Shown here piece by piece: positions 8,846-18,380 of a stretch of DNA of 64,000 bases; position 1 is the first letter of the stretch, and every line of letters begins with the position of its first letter. The notes beneath the pieces were generated by a model, which saw nothing but the letters and a program-made list of their open reading frames with translations, was not told where the DNA came from and made no database searches. This DNA is from Deltaproteobacteria bacterium UBA4427 (lineage in GTDB: Bacteria > Myxococcota_A > UBA9160 > UBA4427), in assembly GCA_002390675.1 (NCBI GenBank), contig DGPZ01000102.1, positions 53,356 to 117,355 on the forward strand, in the 5' to 3' direction. The position numbers and the translations under genes were made by a program.

Positions 8846-10249
8846 ATGAAGCGATCGACGCAGAATCGGGGACACGTAGAACCGGCAGCGCCCCGCGCCG
8901 CCCTCACGCTCGTCCTTCTCTTCCTCGCAGGACTCGCGCTCTACGCCACCCAGAGTTTTGCCGAGACGCCGGTCATTCCCCAATACGGCCCCGACAAACA
9001 TGAAGGCGTCTCGAGTTGCGATGGCAGCACTTGTCACGGCTCCGCCGCCCCGCGCAACGATCGCAACGTTCGCCAAGACGAGTACCTGATCTGGACCGAA
9101 GAGGATCGACACAGCCAGCGAGCCTACAAAGTCCTGTTGAATCGCGACTCGATCCGGATCTCCAAAAACCTCGGTCGCGAGAAGAAACCGCACCAAGACA
9201 ATCTCTGCCTCGATTGCCACTCGGACAATCCTCCCCCGGATAAGCGACGCTCGGAAAATAACGCCTTCACAGTCACGGACGGCGTCGGATGCGAAGGCTG
9301 CCACGGCGGGGCTGAGCGCTATTTGCGGCCCCACGATTCAGGCAGCACGCATAAGAAGAATATCGAGTTAGGCATGTTCCCGACGGATGATCCCGTCGCG
9401 CGCACGCGCTTATGCTTGTCGTGTCATCTCGGCGACCGACAAAAATTCGTCGACCATCGCCTGATGGGCGCAGGCCACCCGCGGCAGAGCTTCGAAGTCG
9501 CGCTCTTCTCGATCCTTCAACCCTATCACTGGGAACCTGACGACGACTACATCTCCCGCGGCAAGCAGGCCCCGAACGACGTCAAGCTCTGGGCTATCGG
9601 TCAGGCCGTCGCGGTCGACGAGATCATGGACGCCATGCTCGACCCAAACCGAAATACGTTAGGCCTCTTCCCTGAACTCGTGCTCTACGACTGCCAGGCC
9701 TGCCATCATGGCATCGACAAGATGCGAAGGTGGCGACCGCGCAAGAGCACCGGCCTCGGGCCAGGCGTCGTTCGCTTGAACGACTCGAATTTCCTGATGC
9801 TGATCCAAGCGCTCCAGATCGTTGATCCCGCTACCGCCAAACTATTGCGCGCCGACCTGCGTGAACTTCATCAGGCGGCCAGCGAGGGACGCGGCAACTC
9901 AAACACGATCGCCAATAAAATTCGCGGCCGGATCAAAACGGTGCTGCCCAAGCTGCAAGCTTGGAAGATCGATGCCAAGGTCCTTCGAACGCTCTCGAAA
10001 AACATCCTGCGTGAAGCGCTGACAGGAGAATTCGCCGACTACGCCGGGTCAGAGCAGGCCGCGATGGCACTACAGACGATCGTATTCGGCTACTACGACC
10101 AGCAATTATTGGACGATGCCGCGTATGACGCGCTCGAACGGGGTGAACTGACAAAGCTTCTGGCCTCGGTCGACGACCCAGATACATTCAATCCAGATAA
10201 GGCCAAAAAGGCGTTTAAGGCGCTCCAAGGCAAGCTCAACGGGAAGTAG
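8846..10249 (+). CDS. periplasmic multihaem cytochrome c (4 CxxCH + 1 CxxxxCH)
   Basis: Signal peptide ALTLVLLFLAGLALYATQSFA after the ATG at 8846 (GGGGGAG lies 10 nt upstream). Haem motifs are CDGSTCH, CLDCH, CEGCH, CLSCH and CQACH. The longer ORF from 8804 has no better start signal. Confidence 0.8.
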   Translation: MKRSTQNRGHVEPAAPRAALTLVLLFLAGLALYATQSFAETPVIPQYGPDKHEGVSSCDGSTCHGSAAPRNDRNVRQDEYLIWTEEDRHSQRAYKVLLNRDSIRISKNLGREKKPHQDNLCLDCHSDNPPPDKRRSENNAFTVTDGVGCEGCHGGAERYLRPHDSGSTHKKNIELGMFPTDDPVARTRLCLSCHLGDRQKFVDHRLMGAGHPRQSFEVALFSILQPYHWEPDDDYISRGKQAPNDVKLWAIGQAVAVDEIMDAMLDPNRNTLGLFPELVLYDCQACHHGIDKMRRWRPRKSTGLGPGVVRLNDSNFLMLIQALQIVDPATAKLLRADLRELHQAASEGRGNSNTIANKIRGRIKTVLPKLQAWKIDAKVLRTLSKNILREALTGEFADYAGSEQAAMALQTIVFGYYDQQLLDDAAYDALERGELTKLLASVDDPDTFNPDKAKKAFKALQGKLNGK

Positions 10250-10541
10250 GCGCTTCTTCGCCAGTATTTTCCGCTCGGTGTGCGCTCGACTGCCCACGAC
10301 CGTTCTGCTCGGCGGAGGGGCCTGCTATCGTCCGCGCCGCTCCGCCCTGTCCGGGGCCTGAGCCCTCGTCGACCCGTCGGCGGTGCTGCGCAACCCAACA
10401 CGAGCCGCAACGCGTCGGTTGTTTGCGATGGCGACTCTAATGAATGCGGCCACGGCACCTGCCACGGCCACCCTGACTGTCCAAACCTTGGGCAAAGCTT
10501 CGCGCCCGGCCACCACGCCAGCGACGATGCGGAGAACGAAG

Positions 10542-11789
10542 ATGCAAATAGGTGACCTCACTGGAGAAAAGATCGGGATCTGCGTATCCGGCGGGCTCGA
10601 CAGCAAGTCCGTTACGGCGCGCTTGATCGAAGCCGGCCTCGATGTTGTCGGGTTCACAGCCGACCTCGCCCAGCCCGATGAAGACGACATCCAGGACATT
10701 CCGCGCCGCATGGCCCCGACGGGCTCCGAGACGCGCGTCGTCGACCTTAAACAATCGATGGCCAAGGCAGCCATGCTCGTCGTCAAGGCGCAGGCCCGAT
10801 ACGACGGCGGCTACTGGAACACAACAGGCATCGCCCGCGCCGTCACAGTGCACGGCCTGCTAGGCGCGATGCAATCCGAAGGCTGCACGGTTCTCGCCCA
10901 TGGCGCGACAGGCCGCGGCAACGACCAGCTACGCTTCGAGCGGTACACGAACGTCCTTGCCCCCAGCATGAAGTGTTATGCGGCGTGGCGCGACCCCCAC
11001 CTTCTTGAGCAATTTCCCGGCCGCAAGGAGATGTCCGCCTATCTCCAGACCAAGGGCATCGAAGCCGCGGTCGGAGAGGCGAAGCGCTATTCAACAGACG
11101 CGAATATCGCCGGCCTCTCGCACGAAGCCGAAGACCTGGAGAGCCTCGAAACCCCCATGACCATCGTCGACCCCACAATGGGCGTGTGGCCGCAGGATGC
11201 GCCGGACAAGGTGGAGGCCGTCACGCTTCGATTCGAAAAGGGCGTCTGCGTCGAACTCAACGGGAAGCAGCTCGGGCAATTCGACATGCTCTGCGAGGCA
11301 AATGACGTCGCTGGCCGAAACGGCATCGGCATCTCGAATGCCCTCGAAAACCGCATTATCGGCACCAAGAGCCGAGGGGTCTACGAAGCCCCCGGCATGG
11401 AACTGCTAGGAACGGGCCTAGCAGCCGTCTACCAGGCGGTTTTGGATCGACGCGCAACCGCGCTCTTCCGCCAGATGTCGACCCTCGTTTCCGATCACAT
11501 CTACGATGGGCGCCTCTTCGACCCGGCGCCACGCGCGGCGCTTGCTGCGATCGACGTGATGGCTGCGCACGCGAGTGGCACCGTCGAGCTCGGCCTCTAC
11601 CGAGGCAACCTGTTCTTCCACAAGTTGACGGATGTCGCAGCTTCGCTTTACAACCCGGCGGACGCCTCGATGGAAGCCAGCGACGGGCTCAACCCCGTCA
11701 GCTCCCAAGGTTATGTCGAAGTGCAGAGCGCGGAAGCACTCTCGATGGCCGGAGCCGGACAGATCGAAGCACCGGCCTGGGAAGAGTAA
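10542..11789 (+). CDS. argG: argininosuccinate synthase (E. coli-type long form)
   Basis: EKIGICVSGGLDSKSVTARL is an N-type ATP pyrophosphatase motif. The length and HGATGRGNDQLRFE match ArgG. ATG at 10542 is preceded by GGAG. The upstream ORF extension is Ala/Thr/Arg-rich and probably non-coding. Confidence 0.9.
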   Translation: MQIGDLTGEKIGICVSGGLDSKSVTARLIEAGLDVVGFTADLAQPDEDDIQDIPRRMAPTGSETRVVDLKQSMAKAAMLVVKAQARYDGGYWNTTGIARAVTVHGLLGAMQSEGCTVLAHGATGRGNDQLRFERYTNVLAPSMKCYAAWRDPHLLEQFPGRKEMSAYLQTKGIEAAVGEAKRYSTDANIAGLSHEAEDLESLETPMTIVDPTMGVWPQDAPDKVEAVTLRFEKGVCVELNGKQLGQFDMLCEANDVAGRNGIGISNALENRIIGTKSRGVYEAPGMELLGTGLAAVYQAVLDRRATALFRQMSTLVSDHIYDGRLFDPAPRAALAAIDVMAAHASGTVELGLYRGNLFFHKLTDVAASLYNPADASMEASDGLNPVSSQGYVEVQSAEALSMAGAGQIEAPAWEE

Positions 11790-11894
11790 GCGGCGGCCTG
11801 GCCCCTCGAACACCTCGGCGCCGCAGCGCTAGATCGGTGCGGCCACACCGTGTGGGCATACCCCGATATCAAATCGGTCAAGTAGCGCCTAACG

Positions 11895-13715
<1,821 letters not shown>

Positions 13716-14415
13716 AGCCTGGGCTCCAAGCAGAAAACGGCCCCTGGTGGGGCCGAACATTGCCGACGATATCGCGAGGTAAGAGAGGCTGTCGACCGAA
13801 ATCAGTGCCACACGCAAATATCGTACATCTAGTAGTTCCCGCGCTCGCCCTCAGCGTGACTCGTTTTCCATCTCGCGAACCTCATCGGCCCTGAGAATTG
13901 CCTCTGCGATGCGTATTCTCCCGTCGATCGCCGCCGTGTGTCGGGGCGAGCCAGGGGCGTGCTGCTGGAGCGAAGCGAAGTGCCCAGCCAACGCGCGCTG
14001 TCTCCTGCGTCGAGAGTGACTTTTACTTAGAGATCCCCTGTGAGGTCGATGACATCGCGCCTCGCATGCGAGCGCCGAGAGAGTAAACCCGCGTGGTAGC
14101 GACCGCGCCCAACGAGCAGGAAGGCGAGATTGGCGTTCTTAGCCGGACCATAACGAGCCACACGACCGCCGAGAGGTCGATTTACGACAGACAGCTCCGC
14201 CAAGCGGCCGGCCCCAATCAACCCAGGACTCCGCCGACCGCTCGTCCTAGAACGCTTCCAGCCAGGAACGATGCTCCACCCAGAGCCAAGTCTAAGACGC
14301 TGCCGGTAGCTGTCCCGCCGATCGCCACAACCTCGACGAGGTCCCGGCTTTGGAGCCCGAGCAGAGCCCGGCGCCTAGGAATCCCCATCGCATCGATAGA
14401 GCGTACCGGCTGGCG

Positions 14416-17400
14416 CTAGTCCTTCACCGTCCAGATCGTTTCCTGGTTCGTCATGTAGAGCTTCCGCATCTCTTCGAGATTGAAGGGACGCGAGCCCAAT
14501 CGGCCGAGGACTGAGATCTGATGTCCCGTTTCGTCCACTGCGCGATCGCGTTCGAGAGGGCGCGAAACCGCGAGGGCTTCCGACTTCGTCTGGCGCATTG
14601 CGATCAGCTTCGGGTTAGGAACCGGGCTGAAGCCGTAGAACTTCGGGTTCAGCTCGGGCGAAGTCAGCTGCACGATCTTGAGGCCGTTCTTCCCATCCGC
14701 CACGTAGGCGAAGAGCGAAGCGTTCGTCGTCGCAATCGCGACATCGTGGGCATCGTTCAGCTGGCCCTCCGCTGTGAACTTCATGAACACCTTCGGACTT
14801 TCGGGCTGCTCCACATCCACGATCACGAGGCCTTCCGAACCCGACGCGACATAGGCGTAGGTCCGTGAGACAGAGACGCGACGCGCTCCGGCGAGGGGGA
14901 TCGTTGCCCCTTCGACCAGACGCGGGGCCTCGGGCTTCGTCACATCAACGACCTTCAAGCCGTCATCATCCGTCACGAAGAGATACCGGAACTGCAGCAT
15001 CGAGCCACGCGGATTATTCAGCGGGATCCTCGCCAGCATCTTCGGATTCAGCGGATCATCGAGATCGACGATCACGACGCCCTTGGCCGCTGACACGTAG
15101 AGCAGATGTCCTGCGAAATGCGCGTGGTTCGCGCCATCGAGAATGCCGTTCGGGTTCCATGTCACAGCGCGCTCAAAGAAGTTGTTGCGCGGTTCGAAAT
15201 CCGTGAGCGTCTCGTTATTCACGAGGATGAGTCCCTCTTCCGAATCCGTCACAGCCACGTAGCTGTAGATCGGATGCATCGCCTGCTCGAGGTTCACCTT
15301 CTGGATCAGATCGCTGCGGTTTAGCTCCGGGCGAAGCAGCTGCGTCGTCGGTAATGCAACACAGGTCGCGTTCTTGCTCTTGACCCGAACGTTCTGACCG
15401 AGCGGCGAGAAGGGTGCTGTAATGATGCGCTCCGAGAAGCCCTTCGTACCGATCGTCGAGACGTCAAAGGCCTGCATGCCCTTGCTACCTTCCGCGGCAT
15501 AAAGGTATTCACCGCGCAGTTGGATGCATTCGACGCGACCAGAATGATGCGTGTACTCGCCGTCGTAAAGTGCGTCACGAGGCTCCATCCAATCAGGCAG
15601 CCAGGTCAGTCGCTTCGACAGCGTCTCTCGCAGGCTCTTAATCCATCCAGCGTCCATGTCCTGATAGCCCGGCGTCACTTCAGTGAGCTCGAGATCACGA
15701 TCGACATGCTCTTGGTAGTAGTCGGGGTAGGCGTACTCGTGGAGGTAGCTACCTATGACCGCCTGGGGTTCATCCCATTCGGTCACCTGGATCGCGACGA
15801 CTTCTTCGTCGGTGCCGACCCAAGCATTGAAGCCCATGAAGTTCACGAAGTTAGTTCCCAGCAGAAGTAGCTGAGCCATGATCGCGTTGTTGTCGTTCGC
15901 TTCCGAGAGATGGCAATCCTCGCAACCCTTGGTCTCCGTCTTACGGACGGTGTGCGGGAAGTGTGGCGCGAAGGCCTGCGCGGAATAACCACTCGCCGAG
16001 ACCGGCTGCTGTTGGATGTAGATGCGGTTTCGATTGATGTCCTGGGAGGACAAGACGAGCGCCGAGCTGGAGCGGATCGGAGCGATGATCCCGTCCTTAA
16101 CCGTGCCGTGCTTGCCGAGCTGGAACATCTGATCCCGTGCGACCTGCGGGTTGTAGGTCGCAAAGTTTCGAGCAGTTTTACCCTCGTGCTTGTGGGTCTC
16201 GGTCTTCCAGTTAGCTTGGATCGTGAGATGGCAGCCGCCACACGACGTCACCCAAGAACTGTGACAAGAGAAGCAGGCAATCTCTTCATCGCCGTGGGCG
16301 CGGTTTTCCTTGCTGACGCCGGTGCCCCAACTCTGGTCGGTGCCCTTCGACATCATCTTCGCGCGGGCGGCCTTCTCGTTGTACTCCGGGTTGCCCGGCG
16401 TGACCGAGTCCTTCACCTGGCTCACCGCAAATTCGTTATGCGGGGGCAGACTCAGGCGCTGGTAAAGCTTGCCGCCGCGCCATTCGAAGCGTTTGCGGTT
16501 GTCTTGGTTGCGGAGGCGAGAGAGGTCGCGGCCTTCGACCGGCGAGGCCGGGCCGGAAGTCTTGAGCGTCGCGTATTTGTCTGCGGTGCCGTGGCAATCG
16601 CGGCAGCGGATATTCACTTCCGCGGCAACTTCGCCGTGCAGCTCTCCATTGCCATGTGAATCATCCGCAAAGTGACAGTCCGCGCACTGCATGCCGATCT
16701 CGGCATGGATATCGCGCATATGAACCGCGCGATCAAACTTCTCCTTGTCGGAGAGTCCGTCGGGAATCGCGTTGCCGCCAGCGTCAAGAAGCGTGCCGTC
16801 TCGCGAGCGCTTAAAGATGGCGCGGAAGTTCCAGCCATGACCATGATAGTCGGCGAACTTCGTGTCCTTAGTCTTGGGATTGATGTCCTTCCAGACTTCC
16901 GCCAAGAAGTTTACGTCCGCCCACTTACCCTTGTAGGAAGCTTCTTCCGGGTTTCGCTTCAGCACCTTAAGCTGCTCTTCGAAGTCCGGGTACTGCTGTT
17001 CCTCAGGCCACATGAGCGGCGCATCGGATTCGTAATCCCACATCGTGTAACCGAGATACGAGTTGAGGAACATGTTCGGCTGATGCATGTGGCAGTTCAT
17101 GCACTGCGAGGTCGGGATCGCGCGGGAGAAGGCATGCTTGATCGGATGCCCCCATTCCTTCTCGCCCGCCTCATTCGTGAGATTGGCAATCATCGGATCG
17201 TCCGTCGCGGTCTGCCCCTTATTGCCGTACTTCGAGTAGGAACCCGAGCTGTACCATTCACGATCGTTTGCATAAACGACGTGGCAACTCGCGCAGCCCG
17301 AGCTTCGGAAGTCGCCGGGCTGATCCTTCGTGCCCATGAACCACATGTTCGGATCGTTGAGGCGCGTCTTGTGGATATTAAGGACGGGGATCGATACACG

Positions 17401-18288
17401 GTTGCCAGTACCCGGCCCACGGAAGGATGCGCGCACATCGGGCTTGCCCGGTTCTTCTTCCGGATTCGGAATGCCCGTCTCGGGGAAGAAGCTGTTTACG
17501 TTTCGGCCACCGCGCTCGAAGATGCGGAAGACGTCTGCCGGTGGCACCGTTTCCCAAGCCGGAAGCGGAAGCGCCATCTGCATCACGCCCATATCCGACT
17601 GCGCGCGAGAGACCTTGAACTTGGCCTTGATCGCGGCGGGCAGGCCTTCGCGGGTATAGGCCTCGCCGAGGATGTACCGCTTAAAGGGCACGATGCCGTT
17701 GTTGTAGGAAGCGCCGCCGTAGAGCATGGCGCCGGTGGCCATAATCGAGCGCTTCGCCTTTTCGACGATCGTCGAGTGGCAAGCGCCGCAGGCTTCGTCG
17801 GCTACTCGATAGTCCGAAGGGTTGATGAAGCGGACGTACTCGGGGCTTTCCAAGTTCAGCAGTGCGTAGGTTCGCACTTCGTTGTTCTTCTTTTCCCACG
17901 TCTCGGGCATCGCGGGCTGAACATGCGCCTGCGCCTGCGCTGCAACAAATCCTTCTGATCCCGGTTCGTAGCTTCCCGAGGTCGCGGTCGCGTCGCCGCC
18001 ATGGCAATCGGTACAGCCGAGGACGACGGACCGCTGGGGATGCATCGTCGCTTCATCGGACTTCGTATGGCACGAGACACAGCCCGCGCTCTTCACGGCC
18101 GCTTCCGCCTCGGATTGATCGAGAGGCGCCGGAGGATAAATGGGATAGTCGATTTCGAGCGCGTGCTCGCCTTCCGAAGCGTTAGAGACGCCGCCTGTAA
18201 AGGTCACGGCGAAAACCGTGAGACCGATCACGAGGGTCGCAGTAAGGACCGCTGTTAGGAGCGATTGAGTACGGGATGCAGCTTTCAT
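14416..18288 (-). CDS. decahaem cytochrome c fused to a C-terminal LVIVD-repeat beta-propeller
   Basis: Signal/anchor LLTAVLTATLVIGLTVFAV. Ten CxxCH motifs: CVSCH, CTDCH, CGACH, CASCH, CMNCH, CADCH, CRDCH, CFSCH, CGGCH, CEDCH. The last ~375 aa carry repeats KGVVIVDLDDPLNPK, DGLKVVDVTKPEAPR, EGLVIVDVEQPESPK, NGLKIVQLTSPELNPK and EGLILVNN. Confidence 0.85.
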   Translation of the reverse strand: MKAASRTQSLLTAVLTATLVIGLTVFAVTFTGGVSNASEGEHALEIDYPIYPPAPLDQSEAEAAVKSAGCVSCHTKSDEATMHPQRSVVLGCTDCHGGDATATSGSYEPGSEGFVAAQAQAHVQPAMPETWEKKNNEVRTYALLNLESPEYVRFINPSDYRVADEACGACHSTIVEKAKRSIMATGAMLYGGASYNNGIVPFKRYILGEAYTREGLPAAIKAKFKVSRAQSDMGVMQMALPLPAWETVPPADVFRIFERGGRNVNSFFPETGIPNPEEEPGKPDVRASFRGPGTGNRVSIPVLNIHKTRLNDPNMWFMGTKDQPGDFRSSGCASCHVVYANDREWYSSGSYSKYGNKGQTATDDPMIANLTNEAGEKEWGHPIKHAFSRAIPTSQCMNCHMHQPNMFLNSYLGYTMWDYESDAPLMWPEEQQYPDFEEQLKVLKRNPEEASYKGKWADVNFLAEVWKDINPKTKDTKFADYHGHGWNFRAIFKRSRDGTLLDAGGNAIPDGLSDKEKFDRAVHMRDIHAEIGMQCADCHFADDSHGNGELHGEVAAEVNIRCRDCHGTADKYATLKTSGPASPVEGRDLSRLRNQDNRKRFEWRGGKLYQRLSLPPHNEFAVSQVKDSVTPGNPEYNEKAARAKMMSKGTDQSWGTGVSKENRAHGDEEIACFSCHSSWVTSCGGCHLTIQANWKTETHKHEGKTARNFATYNPQVARDQMFQLGKHGTVKDGIIAPIRSSSALVLSSQDINRNRIYIQQQPVSASGYSAQAFAPHFPHTVRKTETKGCEDCHLSEANDNNAIMAQLLLLGTNFVNFMGFNAWVGTDEEVVAIQVTEWDEPQAVIGSYLHEYAYPDYYQEHVDRDLELTEVTPGYQDMDAGWIKSLRETLSKRLTWLPDWMEPRDALYDGEYTHHSGRVECIQLRGEYLYAAEGSKGMQAFDVSTIGTKGFSERIITAPFSPLGQNVRVKSKNATCVALPTTQLLRPELNRSDLIQKVNLEQAMHPIYSYVAVTDSEEGLILVNNETLTDFEPRNNFFERAVTWNPNGILDGANHAHFAGHLLYVSAAKGVVIVDLDDPLNPKMLARIPLNNPRGSMLQFRYLFVTDDDGLKVVDVTKPEAPRLVEGATIPLAGARRVSVSRTYAYVASGSEGLVIVDVEQPESPKVFMKFTAEGQLNDAHDVAIATTNASLFAYVADGKNGLKIVQLTSPELNPKFYGFSPVPNPKLIAMRQTKSEALAVSRPLERDRAVDETGHQISVLGRLGSRPFNLEEMRKLYMTNQETIWTVKD

Positions 18289-18380
18289 TTACTGGGGCTC
18301 TCGCTCGTTGGCACGCTTGGACTGCTCGAAAGTTTAGGCATGACGTAGTCCGATTCGCAGATCGCTAATAAGGGCTCTAG

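Noticed and set aside
10383-10541. N-terminal extensions of the longest ORFs for argG (from 10383), pckG (to 13817), msrA (to 36073), the SDR (to 35287), the NTF2 protein (to 49555), the sulfotransferase (to 59157) and the APH-like kinase (from 59132)
   Set aside because: The extensions are low-complexity and exceed the family-typical N-termini. Internal ATG codons with good Shine-Dalgarno motifs match the conserved protein starts.
14027-14419. ORFs 14027..14221 (-) and 14093..14419 (+) in the pckG/cytochrome gap
   Set aside because: They overlap each other, have a TTG or weak start, a Pro/Arg/Ala-rich composition and no recognisable motifs. The interval is treated as non-coding pending transcript data.
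16672-17958. 428-aa plus-strand ORF (and similar long ORFs at 15910..16659, 28130..28996, 62072..63187, 54720..55454, 58024..58737, 60654..61355) lying antisense to or overlapping well-supported genes
   Set aside because: These ORFs are Arg/Gly/Ala/Val-rich with no motifs. Each lies fully inside a gene whose product has clear family signatures on the other strand. Long stop-free antisense frames are expected at about 60% GC.
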